Source: an uncultured Actinomycetes bacterium
GTDB taxonomy: Bacteria; Actinomycetota; Thermoleophilia; UBA2241
Assembly (NCBI GenBank): GCA_963755025.1
Contig: CAVWIH010000019.1
Location: 32,001-96,000 of the forward strand
Reading direction: 5' to 3'
Length of the DNA stretch: 64,000 nt
The position numbers and the translations under genes were made by a program. Shown one piece after another: positions 53,458 to 63,122 of the stretch; positions within the stretch are counted from its first letter, which is position 1; each line of letters begins with the position of its first letter. Below the pieces are notes generated by a model that searched no databases, had not been told where the DNA came from, and was given only the letters and a program-made list of their open reading frames with translations.

Positions 53458-54672
53458 GTGCTCGACGACCGACAGCGCGCCCTGGCCACGGTCGACCTGT
53501 CGGCCGTGCGCCACAACATCGCCCACCTCGTCTCGCTGCTGCCCGCCGGCACGGCGCTGTGCGCCGTGGTCAAGGCCAACGGCTACGGCCACGGCGCCGT
53601 GCCCGTGGCCCGGGCGGCGCTGCAGGCGGGGGCGTCGTGGCTCGGCGTCGCCACCGTGGCCGAAGCCGAAGAGCTGCGCGAGGCGGCCATCGCCGCCCCC
53701 CTGCTCATCTTCGGGCCGCTCACCGGCGCCGAGCTTACGCGCGCCGTCAAGGCGCACGTCGACGTCGCCGTGTGGTCGCAGGCGTTCCTTGCCGAGGCCC
53801 TGCGCCGCCGCGCCCACGTGCACGTCAAGTTCAACTCAGGCATGGGCAGGCTGGGCGTGCGCGAGCGCGACGCCGCCGCCCTGGCCGCCGCCGCCGGCGA
53901 CCGCCTGTCGGGCCTCATGAGCCACTTCGCCACCGCCGACGAGGACGACCCTGCGTTCTTCGCCCTCCAGCTCGAGCGCTTCACGGCGCTCGCCGCCGAC
54001 CTCAAGGCGAGCTATCCGAACCTCACGGCGCACACCGCCAACAGCGCCGCGACCATGCGCGAGCCGGCGAGCCATTTCGACATGGTGCGCACCGGCATCG
54101 CCATCTACGGCCTGTCGCCCTTTGGCGACGACCCCGAGCCCCGCGGCTTGCGGCCGGCGCTACGCCTGAGCTCGTATGTGGCCGCCGTCCGCGAGGTCGT
54201 TCCCGGCGAGTCGGTGGGGTACGGCCGGCGGTACGTGGCCGAGCGCCCGGCGCGCCTCGCCATCGTGCCGATCGGCTACGCCGACGGCGTCACTCGCGCG
54301 CTCACCAACCGCGGCGACGTGCTCATCGCCGGCCGGCGCTGCCGCATCACGGGCACGATCAGCATGGACCAGCTCACCGTGCTGCTGCCCGACGACCCGG
54401 CCGCCGTGCGCCCCGGCGACGAGGTCGTGTTCATCGGCCGTTCGGGCGCCGAGCGCATCCTGGCCGAAGACGTCGCCCGGCTGCTCGACACGATCAACTA
54501 CGAGGTCGCCTGCGACATCGCGCCGCGCGTCGTGCGACGCTACGTCGAGGCGCCCGTCACGTCCGAGGCCGCACACGTGACGGCCGTCTCCCGCGTGCCC
54601 GCGGCGACGCCTGCGCCGGGCGTGCGCTCCGCCACGACGCCGCCCGACGACGGCCCTCCCGACTCGGCCTGA
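53458..54672 (+). CDS. alr: Alanine racemase
   Basis: AVVKANGYGHG, GMGRLG, SHFATAD, GYG, IGYADG, ISMDQ, TINYE. Confidence 0.96.
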   Translation: MLDDRQRALATVDLSAVRHNIAHLVSLLPAGTALCAVVKANGYGHGAVPVARAALQAGASWLGVATVAEAEELREAAIAAPLLIFGPLTGAELTRAVKAHVDVAVWSQAFLAEALRRRAHVHVKFNSGMGRLGVRERDAAALAAAAGDRLSGLMSHFATADEDDPAFFALQLERFTALAADLKASYPNLTAHTANSAATMREPASHFDMVRTGIAIYGLSPFGDDPEPRGLRPALRLSSYVAAVREVVPGESVGYGRRYVAERPARLAIVPIGYADGVTRALTNRGDVLIAGRRCRITGTISMDQLTVLLPDDPAAVRPGDEVVFIGRSGAERILAEDVARLLDTINYEVACDIAPRVVRRYVEAPVTSEAAHVTAVSRVPAATPAPGVRSATTPPDDGPPDSA

Positions 54673-54686
54673 CGGCGCCGCAACGC

Positions 54687-56193
54687 ATGCTCGATACCCA
54701 CGCCATCGCCGCCGCCGCCGCGCCGGCCGCCGCCGCGAGCGGCGGCGCCTGGCTCGTGGGCGGCGCCGTGCGCGACGGGCTGCTGCACCGCGAGTGCGAC
54801 GACGTCGACTTGGCGGTGGCCGGCGACGCCGAGAGCTTCGCCCGCACCCTGGCCGCGGCGCTCGACGCGCCCGCCTTCTCCTACTCGGAGCGCTTCTCGG
54901 CCTGGCGGATCGTCTGCGAGGGCGGCCACGTCGACGTGACCCCGCTGCGCGGCCCCACCATCGCCGACGACCTGCGCGGCCGCGACTTCACCGTCAATGC
55001 CATGGCACGGGCGCTGGCGCCGGGCGAAGGGGCGGGCGCCGCGGCGGCCGACGCGCCGCCAAGCGCCGCGGCGGCCGACGCGCCGCCAAGCGCCGCGGCG
55101 GCCAACGTGGCGCCGGGCGACCCGGGTGCGGCGTCGGGCGCCCTGATCGACCCCTGCGGCGGCCTCGCCGACCTGCGCGCGCGGCGCCTTGTGGCGTGCG
55201 CTCCGGGCGCCTTCGGCGACGATCCCGTGCGCGTGGTGCGCCTGGCGCGCCTGCGCCACGAGCTCGACCTGACCGTGGCGCCAGGGGTCGAGCAGGCGGC
55301 CCGAGCGGCCGCGGGGCGCCTTGCCGCGGCGAGTCCCGAGCGTCTCGAGCACGAGCTGTCGACCCTGCTCGGTCTGCCCTGCGTGGCGCCGGCCGTTCGC
55401 AGCCTCGCCGACCTCGGCGTCCTCGAGGTCGTGCTGCCCGAGGTGGCGGCCTGTCGCGGCGTCACGCAGAACCCCTATCACCACCTCGACGTCTTCGAGC
55501 ACACCCTCGAGGCGCTCTCGTTCCTTTCGCAGGTCGTGAGCGCGCTCGGCGGCGCGCGCTACCTGGCGGCGCCGGCAGAGTGCGGCCTGCCGGGCGCTCC
55601 CGCCCTGGCGCCGCTCGCCTGGGCGGTGCTGCTCCACGACGTCGGCAAGCCGCTGGCTCGCCAGGTCGACGACCAGGGGCGGGTCATGTTCCTCTCGCAC
55701 GATCGCCTGGGCGAGCAGATCGCGCGCGACATCTGCCGCCGGCTGCGCATGAGCCGGCGGTTCGAGCAGTTCCTCGCCGAGCTGGTGCGCCAGCACCTGC
55801 GGCTCGGCTTTCTGGTGCGCGAGATGCCGCTCACGCGTCGCGCGCTCGTGCGCTTTCGCCGCGACGCGCAGCCCTTCGTCTTCGAAGCCATCGTACTGTC
55901 GCTGGCCGATCGCGTGGCGACCCGCGGCGAGCGCACGCCGCCGCAGTCGCTGGCGCGCCACTTTCGCATAGCGCGCGACGTCTTCGGCGACACGCCCTCG
56001 CCGCCGCGCCGCCTCCTGGGGGGCGAAGAGGTCATGACGCCTGCTGGGGGTGGGGCCGGGCGCCACCGTGGGCCGCGCGCTCGAGGTGCTGCAAGAGGAG
56101 ATCGAGTGTGGCGACGTGGCCACGCCCGACCAGGCGCGCGCGTTCCTGCGCGGCTGGTGGGCGCACGAACAGGAGGGTGCCCGCGATGCCTGA
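54687..56193 (+). CDS. tRNA nucleotidyltransferase/poly(A) polymerase with HD domain; frameshift near 56040
   Basis: LVGGAVRD, DVD, RDFTVNAMA, DDPVR, HHLDVFEHT, LLHDVGKP; stop overlaps the mutM start. Confidence 0.88.
55036..55106 (+). repeat. In-frame 27-bp tandem repeat (~2.6 copies) in the nucleotidyltransferase
   Basis: gcgccgcggcggccgacgcgccgccaa repeated; encodes AAAADAPPS. Confidence 0.8.
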
Positions 56194-57091
56194 GCTGCCC
56201 GAGGTCGAGACCGTGCGCCGCCGCCTCGAGGCCTGCCTGCCGGGCCTGGTCGTCGACGAGGTGATCGTGCACGACGCCCTCGTCTCCAACCAGACCGCCG
56301 CCGACCTGCGGGCGGCGCTCGTGGGGCGTCGCGTGGTCGCCCTGCGCCGGCGTGGCAAGTACCTCATCATCGAGCTCGAGGGCATGCTGCTCGTCGTGCA
56401 CCTGCGCATGACCGGCTGCCTGCTGCTCGCCCCCGAGCCCGGGGGGCGAGCGCCGCGCTTCGTCGCGCACCTGCGGCCCGGCGCCGAGCTGCTCTTCTAC
56501 GACACGCGCCGCTTCGGCCGGGTGTGGGCGGTGCCGGCCGCCGACGAGAACGCCTTCTTTGCCGCGCTCGGCCCCGAACCGTTCAGCGACGCCTTCACGA
56601 GCACGTACCTGCGGCGAGCGCTCGAGGGCCGCACGGCGCCGCTCAAGTCGTTCCTGCTCGACCAGCGGCGCATCGCCGGGGTGGGCAACATCTACGCCGA
56701 CGAGACGCTGTTCCGGGCTCGCCTGCACCCGCTGCGCACGGCCGGCACGCTCGGCCCCGGCGAGATCCAGCGTCTGCACGACGCCCTGCTCGAGACCCTG
56801 CAGCTCGGCATCGACCGCGCCGGCGCTTCGATCGACACCTTCGTCGACCCCAACGGCGCGAGCGGCGACTTTCAGGCCATGCTCAATGTCTACGGTCGCA
56901 CGGGCGAGCCGTGCCGGGTGTGCGGCACGCCGATCGAACGGGTCGAGCTCGGCGGGCGTGGCACGCATTTCTGTCCCGTCTGCCAGACCCTGCCGCGCGG
57001 CAAGCGCCTCGCCGCCGGCGGCCGCGAGGCGTTGGCCCGCGAACGAGCCGCACGCTTGCGTCGCCGGGCCCGCGTGGCGCAGCGACGGTGA
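56186..57091 (+). CDS. mutM: Formamidopyrimidine-DNA glycosylase
   Basis: MPELPEVE, RRGKY, HLRMTG, LLDQ..IAGVGNIYADE, CRVC...FCPVCQ. Confidence 0.96.
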   Translation: MPELPEVETVRRRLEACLPGLVVDEVIVHDALVSNQTAADLRAALVGRRVVALRRRGKYLIIELEGMLLVVHLRMTGCLLLAPEPGGRAPRFVAHLRPGAELLFYDTRRFGRVWAVPAADENAFFAALGPEPFSDAFTSTYLRRALEGRTAPLKSFLLDQRRIAGVGNIYADETLFRARLHPLRTAGTLGPGEIQRLHDALLETLQLGIDRAGASIDTFVDPNGASGDFQAMLNVYGRTGEPCRVCGTPIERVELGGRGTHFCPVCQTLPRGKRLAAGGREALARERAARLRRRARVAQRR

Positions 57092-57771
57092 CGACACGGC
57101 GCGAGGCAGACCCGCCGGGGGCGGCCGCGCCGCTCCGCTGCCGCTTCACGAGCCGCCGCGTCGCCGCTTGCGCGCCGCGCCGCTTGGCCTCTGCGTCGCC
57201 TGCCTCTGCGCCGCCCGCCTCCGCTTCGCGAGCCGCCGCGCCACCCGCCGACCTCAACGCCCTCTACGTCGTGGCGACTCTCGTGCCGCGACGCGAGACG
57301 ATCGTGGTGGGGGCATTCGGGTCGGTCACCTTCGCGCGTGGCTGGCAGGCTTACGTGGGCAGCGCGCGCCGCGGGCGCGCCGCGCGCGTCGCGCGCCACC
57401 GCCGCGCCGACAAGCCGCTGCGCTGGCACGCCGACTACCTGTTCACACGCCACCCGGCGACGCGCGCCTGGCTGCTCGACACGCCGCTCTCCGAGTGCGA
57501 GCTGGCCGCGTTGCTGCGGGCCGGCGTCGCGGGCGCGGCGCCCGGGGCCCCGGTGGCGTCCGGCGGCCCGGCGTCCGGCGGCAGGTCGGCGCCCAGCGGA
57601 GCGACGGCGACCGACGACCCCGCGCCGCGCTTCGGCGCCTCCGACTGCGGCTGCGCCGGCCACCTGGTGGGCGCGCGCCGTCTCGGCGCGCTGCAAGCGG
57701 CGCTCGGTGCGGCAGCGGCCCACGGTGGTACGCTGCGGGCGTTGCCTGTCGAACGACGAAAGCGAGATTAA
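57088..57771 (+). CDS. GIY-YIG (DUF123/Uri superfamily) nuclease-like protein
   Basis: G.QAYVGSA, RVARH, RWHADYL, EC.LA, FGASDCGCAGHL; GTGA overlap with mutM. Confidence 0.82.
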   Translation: MTTRREADPPGAAAPLRCRFTSRRVAACAPRRLASASPASAPPASASRAAAPPADLNALYVVATLVPRRETIVVGAFGSVTFARGWQAYVGSARRGRAARVARHRRADKPLRWHADYLFTRHPATRAWLLDTPLSECELAALLRAGVAGAAPGAPVASGGPASGGRSAPSGATATDDPAPRFGASDCGCAGHLVGARRLGALQAALGAAAAHGGTLRALPVERRKRD

Positions 57772-57999
57772 GTGAACGCGGTCACCCTGTACGGCGTCGT
57801 GGCCGTCACGTTCATGATGCTCATGTACGCGCTCGAAAAGCGCGGCCCCGCCTTCATCGCCGCCTTCGCCCTGGGCTGCGCGCTGTCGAGCACCTACGGC
57901 TTTCTGTCGGGCGCTTGGCCGTTCGGCGTGGTCGAGGGCATCTGGACGTTCGTCGCGCTGCGCCGCTACCTCGCCGTGCGCGCGGAGTCGTCACCCTGA
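57772..57999 (+). CDS. Small conserved membrane protein
   Basis: Three hydrophobic segments, YALE, YGFLSGAWPFGVVE. Confidence 0.75.
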   Translation: MNAVTLYGVVAVTFMMLMYALEKRGPAFIAAFALGCALSSTYGFLSGAWPFGVVEGIWTFVALRRYLAVRAESSP

Positions 58000-58060
58000 C
58001 TCCACGCGAACGGCGCCCCGCGCGCCGCGGGCGCAAAGGCCTCCGCGGCGGCGCGCCGAC

Positions 58061-59374
58061 TCAGCGCGCCTTCTCCCACTTCTGCAGGTAGGCGACCTCG
58101 GCGAGCGTCTTGCCGCCATCGATCTCGCCGCGCAGGCGGTTCTCTTTTTCGAGCACGTCCATGGCGCGGTTGGCGAGCTCGACGGCCTGCGCTCGGGGCA
58201 GCACGATCACGCCGTCGTCGTCGCCCACCACCCAGTCGCCGGGCTCGACCGTCTGGCCGGCGATCGAGACCGGCACGTTGATCTCGCCGAACCCTTTGGG
58301 CTCACCGGCGTTAGCGCTCACGAGGCTCGAGAAGGCCGGGAACCTCATGCGGGCGATCTCGGGGGTATCGCGGATGGCGCCCCACACGACCAGGCCGGCG
58401 AGGCCCTTGACCACGGCGCTGTGCGTGGCGAGCTCGCCCCAGATGGCCGGATAGCTGTTGAAGGCATCGACCACCAGCACGTCGCCCGGGCGGCACTCGT
58501 CGATCGCTTCGACCGGCTTGGCCCAGTCGCCGGGGTAGGTGCGCACGGTGACCGCGGGGCCGCACATGTGGGCGCCGGGCAGCAGCGGCCTGATGCCGTG
58601 CAGCGACGGCTGGCGGTGCCAGGCGTCGGAGATGTTGGCCGTGGAGACCTGCTCGAGGACGCCGCGGATGTCGGCCTCGCCGGCCCGCTTGTAGAGGGTC
58701 GTCTCGATGGCGACGCCGGTGTCGACGGCGCGGCGGATCTCGGCGGCGGCCGCGGTGGCGTCGGCCGCCTTGGTGATGGCGCCGCCCACGACGACGATGC
58801 CGGCGCCGGCCGCCACGGCCGCCGCGGCGGTCTCGGAGTTGATGCCGCCCGCCGCGCTCACGGGAATGGCCACGGCTTCGGCCACGGCGCGCAGCGTGGT
58901 GAAGGGCGCCTCGCCGCGCATCTGCTGGTCGATCGCCGTGTGGATGCCCACGTAGTCGGCGCCCCAGGCCTCGGCCTGCCGCGCCCGGGCGACCGGGTCG
59001 GCGACCTCGATCATGTCGACGATCAGCTTGCAGCCGTAGTTGTGGGCCGCCTCGATGCACTCCTTGATGGTCGAGTCGCTGGCCGCGCCGAGCACGCCGA
59101 CCAGGCCGGCGCCCGCCTTGGCGGCGTACTCGACCTCGATGCGGCCGGCGTCCATCGTCTTCAGGTCGGCGAAGACGAGCTTGTCGGGAAAGGCGGCCTT
59201 GAGCTCGCGCACGGCGCGCAGGCCCTCGGCCTTGATGAGCGGCGTGCCGGCCTCGACCCAGTCGACGCCGCCGGCGACCGCCTCGCGGGCGATCTCGATG
59301 GCGCGCGGCAGGTCGACGAAGTCGAGCGCGACCTGCACGACGACGCGCCCGCCGGTACCCGGTGCGTCGCTCAT
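58061..59374 (-). CDS. hxlA: 3-hexulose-6-phosphate synthase fused to an RraA/HMG-aldolase-like domain
   Basis: HPS motifs QVALD, EAGTPLIK, ADLKTMDAG, HTAID; C-domain STANISDA, GPAVTV, WGE-x20-RD, GDDDGV. Confidence 0.92.
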   Translation of the reverse strand: MSDAPGTGGRVVVQVALDFVDLPRAIEIAREAVAGGVDWVEAGTPLIKAEGLRAVRELKAAFPDKLVFADLKTMDAGRIEVEYAAKAGAGLVGVLGAASDSTIKECIEAAHNYGCKLIVDMIEVADPVARARQAEAWGADYVGIHTAIDQQMRGEAPFTTLRAVAEAVAIPVSAAGGINSETAAAAVAAGAGIVVVGGAITKAADATAAAAEIRRAVDTGVAIETTLYKRAGEADIRGVLEQVSTANISDAWHRQPSLHGIRPLLPGAHMCGPAVTVRTYPGDWAKPVEAIDECRPGDVLVVDAFNSYPAIWGELATHSAVVKGLAGLVVWGAIRDTPEIARMRFPAFSSLVSANAGEPKGFGEINVPVSIAGQTVEPGDWVVGDDDGVIVLPRAQAVELANRAMDVLEKENRLRGEIDGGKTLAEVAYLQKWEKAR

Positions 59375-59826
59375 ACGCCCATCACCTGCACGATCAGCTC
59401 GCGCTGCCGGGGGCGCGCGTCGAAGTCGCAGAAGACGATGGTCTGGTAGCGCCCCAGCGTCGGGCGGCCCGCGACGAAGGGCACGGTGAGCGAGGGGCCG
59501 ACGAGGCCGGCGCGCACGTGCGAGTGGCCGTTGCCGTCGCGCAGGTTGTCGTTGTGCGCGTAGTGGCGGCCGGGCGGCGTGAGCTGGTCGAGCGCCTCCT
59601 GCACGTCGTGCACCACGCCGGGCTCGAACTCGAGGGTGGTGACCGCGCCGGTCGCGCCCGGCACGAAGATCGTCACGGTGCCGTCGTGCAGCCCCGAGCG
59701 GCGCACGACTTCGGCCACCTCGTCCGAGATCGCGATGATGTCGGCGTCGCCGCGGCTGGGGAACGCGATCGTGTCGGTCACGACGCGCACCACGCCTTCG
59801 CGTTCCGTAGCCTGTGTGCCGTTCAC
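59371..59826 (-). CDS. YjbQ (UPF0047) family protein
   Basis: GATGAVTTLEFEPG, Y.HN..DGNGHSHVRA, LGRYQ..DFD.RPR.R; 4-bp overlaps with both neighbours. Confidence 0.9.
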   Translation of the reverse strand: MNGTQATEREGVVRVVTDTIAFPSRGDADIIAISDEVAEVVRRSGLHDGTVTIFVPGATGAVTTLEFEPGVVHDVQEALDQLTPPGRHYAHNDNLRDGNGHSHVRAGLVGPSLTVPFVAGRPTLGRYQTIVFCDFDARPRQRELIVQVMGV

Positions 59827-60850
59827 TGTCCATGACTGTCGCCACGCTGCCTCTCCTTGTCGTGCGATGCCGGCCCGCGGCGCGGGTCCGGCTCGGGTGA
59901 TGTCGTGTACGTCGTCGCGGCCTGCGCCGCCGCGCCGATCGCTACGTTGTCGAGCAGCCGGGTGCTCGCCGAGCCGCACGGCGGCCACGATGAGGTCGTC
60001 GGGGCGCAGGGCGTCGGGGCGCCGCCGGGCGTCGGTCTGGCGCGCATCGTCGGACAGGCGCGCATCTTCGGCCGTGGCGCCGCCGACCGCCGTGAAGCTG
60101 TCGGGGTCGACGACAGCGACGTAGTCGATCGCCAAGCCGGCGGCCTGTAGCTCGTCGGTGACCCTGGCCACGACGGCGGCGGCGCCGTCGGCCGCGACCG
60201 CGCGGCCGGCGGTCAGGGCGCGGTGCAGCCCGGCCGCCTCGGCGCGCTGCGCCGCGCTCAGGTAGGCGTTGCGCGAGCTGCGGGCGAGGCCGTCGGGCTC
60301 GCGCACCGTGTCGACCGCCGCGATCTCGACCGGCAGGTCGAGGTCGGCGACCAGGCGCCGCACGACGGCGAGCTGCTGGGCGTCTTTGCGCCCGAAGTAG
60401 GCGCGGTCGGGGGCGACGATCGTGAACAGCTTGGTCACGATCGTGGCCACGCCGTCGAAGTGGCCGGGCCGCTCCGCCGCCTCGTAGCCCACGGCCGGCG
60501 GACCTTCGACGTGCACGGTCGTGGCGGCGCCCGGCAGGTACATCTCGGCGACCGGCGGGGCGAAGACGAGCGTCGCGCCGGCGCCTGCGGCCAGCGCCAC
60601 ATCGCGGGCTTCGTCGCGCGGGTAGCGCGCGAGGTCGTCGCTGGGGCCGAACTGCGTGGGGTTCACGAAGATCGACACCACGACGGTGGCGCACTCGCGC
60701 GCGGCCGCCGCTATGAGGGCCAGATGGCCGTCGTGCAGCGCCCCCATGGTCGGCACCAGGCCGAGCGGGCGCTCGCCGGCGGCCACGGCCGCGCGCGTCT
60801 CGGCGACCGTGCGCACGACGGCCGTCGGTGACGTGGCGCGCGGCGCTCAC
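59823..60850 (-). CDS. panC: Pantoate--beta-alanine ligase; frameshifts near 60828 and 59965
   Basis: VPTMGALHDGH, SIFVNPTQF, RPGHFDGV, FGRKDAQQ, REPDGLARSSRN, RLLDN. Confidence 0.95.
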
Positions 60851-61736
60851 AGGCGTCCCTCGGGGCGGTCGAGCAGCTCGCGCAGCGTGCGCACCGTGTC
60901 GTCGTCGAGCCGCGGCGCGGCCAGGTGCAGCGCCTGGAGCGAGAGCGAGCGGTAGGTGTCGGCAAAGCGCGGCGCCTGCTCGGCGAGCAGCGCCAGGTGG
61001 GCGCGCACGGTGCCGACGTCGCCGCGCGCCACCGGGCCGGTCAGCGCCTGCGACGGTCCGCGCGCGGCGACGTTGGCGGCGGTGGTGGCCACGAGCGGTC
61101 CGAGCAGGCGGGCGGCGGCGGCGGGCGGCACGCCCGCCGCCGCCGCCATCAGCTCGCCAGCTTCGCTCTGCAGGGCCACGAAGAGGTTGCTCGCCGCCGC
61201 GGCGGCGAGGTGGTAGAGGGGCTTGGCTTCGTCGGCCAGCGCGAAGGGACGGCAGCCGAGGCGTTCGGCGAGCCAGATGCCGAGCTCGACGTCGGCCGGC
61301 GTGTCGCCGGTGACGGCCATCGGCACGCCGCGCAGCACGGTCTCGTCGCCCGGCGCGGCGAAGCTCTGCAGGGGGTGCAGCGAGAGGATGCCGGCCACGC
61401 CGCCGCGCAGCGGGGCGAGCAGGTCGAGCGAGCCCAGGCCGCTCGAGTGGATGGCGACGACCGGGCCGTTCGAGCGGCGTCGCGAGCGCCGCGGCGACGT
61501 CGTGGGCGACGGCCTCGATGCCGTCGTCGGGCACGGTGATCCAGACGACGTCGGCGCGCGCCACGGCGTCGGCCAGCGCGAGGCGGGGAGGGTCGGCTGC
61601 GGGGTCGAGTGGCACGGCCGGCGAGGCGACCACCGCGGACACGGCGATGCCGGCCTGCCTGAGCGACACGACGAGCGTCGCGCCCAGGCGGCCCGGTCCG
61701 ATCACACATACACGCAGCGCTTCGTCGTGGAAGCAA
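60847..61736 (-). CDS. Rossmann-like/DUF2520 protein (PanG-type ketopantoate reductase); frameshifted
   Basis: IGPGRLG, ITVPDD.I, HSSG, SLHPLQSF, K.LYH.AA..ASN, ALTGPVARGD.GTV..H; TTG after an AAGGAG RBS. Confidence 0.88.
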
Positions 61737-61816
61737 GGCGTCGGCTCCTTGGCTGCAGTCCCCCCGTGGCGGGCGGTACCGCGCCGGCCTAACGTCCCGG
61801 CGCACTTTCATGCGGT

Positions 61817-61855
61817 CGTCCTCGTCTCCGGCCCCTGGGGCTCGAAGCGAGGACG
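61817..61855 (-). ncRNA. pan RNA motif-like hairpin in the 5' UTR of the pan operon
   Basis: Minus strand GUCCUCG-CUUCG-A-GCCCCAGGGGC-CGGAG-A-CGAGGAC: stem with one bulged A on each strand incl. GAG; upstream of pantothenate genes. Confidence 0.6.
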
Positions 61856-61879
61856 TCGGGCAAATCATCCAGCATGTGG

Positions 61880-61895
61880 GCGATTGCACAATCGC
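61880..61895. promoter_or_regulatory. Palindrome GCGATTG-CA-CAATCGC over the predicted pan operon start site (candidate operator)
   Basis: Perfect 7-bp inverted repeat immediately downstream of the minus-strand -10. Confidence 0.45.
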
Positions 61896-61896
61896 A

Positions 61897-61926
61897 AGCT
61901 TAGGGGCAGGTGCCCGGCACCGTCAA
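61897..61926 (-). promoter_or_regulatory. sigma70-type promoter of the pan operon (TTGACG-N18-TAAGCT)
   Basis: cgtcaa at 61921-61926 and agctta at 61897-61902 on the + strand. Confidence 0.6.
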
Positions 61927-62041
61927 TTCTGCCGTAGGGACCGCGTGGACAAACGTGCGCGGCCGGGCTGGACGCGAGTGGCTGGCGCGGCCGGCGGAGC
62001 TGGCCACTTGACGCAGCCGCTTCCTCTGATGGAATGGGACC

Positions 62042-63001
62042 ATGAACGGATCCACGATCGGCACAGGAGCCGCGGCCGGCAGCGAGCCCGACGACGGCCT
62101 TCGAGGCCTACGGGCGCTCGATCTCGCCGGGCTGAGTCCCGAAGGCCTGTTCACTCTCCCAAGCACCATGCTCGTCGCCGGCTGGCTGCTTGTGTACCTT
62201 GCGCTGTCGGTCGCGTCGCCGAACTGGGTCGACCGCGGCTGGATCGGCCTCTTGGCGGTCTCCTGGACCCCGGCGTTGGTGGTGGAGTGGCTCTTGCTTA
62301 AACCGCGGCAGGGCTCCTGGACGTCGCGACCCTCGAGGTCGAGCGCGGTCGGGTTGGCGTCGACTGGCGCGCTCGTGGTGCTCTGGATCGTGCTGGGTGT
62401 GGGCATCGGGCGCGCCTTCGTGCCTCCCGGCTTCACCGGCGACGCCAGTTCCTACGACATCGCGTTCGCGGTCGTCGCGGGCGCGGCAGGCAGCTACTAT
62501 GCGGGCGCCTTGGCGTGGCCGCGCAGGTGGTACATGGCCGGCGCGGTAGCGTCGCTGCTGTTCGCCGCGCTGTTCGCCCTGTTCGGCACGTGGATCGCGG
62601 TGCCGTTGGTCGCGGTCGGCGTCGTCGTCTTCGCTCTCGGAGTGCGACGCATCGTACGGGTGGTCCGCGCCACGCCTCGAGCGCGCGCGCCGCGTGCCGG
62701 AAGCGAATGGCAACCCGCCAGCGCGAGTGGCTCTGGCACAACGAGCAGCGACGCCTTTCGCGACATCATGGCGAGCCTGTACCTCGTCGGCACCGCTGAC
62801 GACGTGTACCTCGCGCGCAAGACAGGCTTGAGCTGGCCCGACCTCTGTCGCCACCTGTACTGGCTCGAAGGGTGGGGGTACCTGGCGGCGAACTCGGGGT
62901 ATCGGAGTGGCAGGTTGCGAGTATCTGGCGTGCGTCTGACGCCGTGGGGTCGCGGCGAGTTCGCCGCCTCGCTCGAGCAAGCCGGGGTCGGAGCGGCGTA
63001 G
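62042..63001 (+). CDS. Polytopic membrane protein fused to a C-terminal winged-helix (HTH_34/MarR-like) domain
   Basis: About six hydrophobic segments, then RDIMASLY...LARKTGLSWPDLCRHLYWLE..GYL...RLTPWGR.EF. Confidence 0.65.
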   Translation: MNGSTIGTGAAAGSEPDDGLRGLRALDLAGLSPEGLFTLPSTMLVAGWLLVYLALSVASPNWVDRGWIGLLAVSWTPALVVEWLLLKPRQGSWTSRPSRSSAVGLASTGALVVLWIVLGVGIGRAFVPPGFTGDASSYDIAFAVVAGAAGSYYAGALAWPRRWYMAGAVASLLFAALFALFGTWIAVPLVAVGVVVFALGVRRIVRVVRATPRARAPRAGSEWQPASASGSGTTSSDAFRDIMASLYLVGTADDVYLARKTGLSWPDLCRHLYWLEGWGYLAANSGYRSGRLRVSGVRLTPWGRGEFAASLEQAGVGAA

Positions 63002-63122
63002 CCGCTTCCGCGAGCGCGGTCGCTGCGCCGCGCCACCGCAGCTCGCGGAAGCAGCCCTCGGAAAGACCATCGCTCCGCCCCCGATCAGCCGCCGCCTCGA
63101 GGCTCGGTGGTACACTGTCGCC

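Noticed and set aside
59371-60816. PanC::YjbQ fusion ORF
   Set aside because: The true PanC end (RLLDN) is in another frame that stops at 59823; the fusion comes from an indel near 59965
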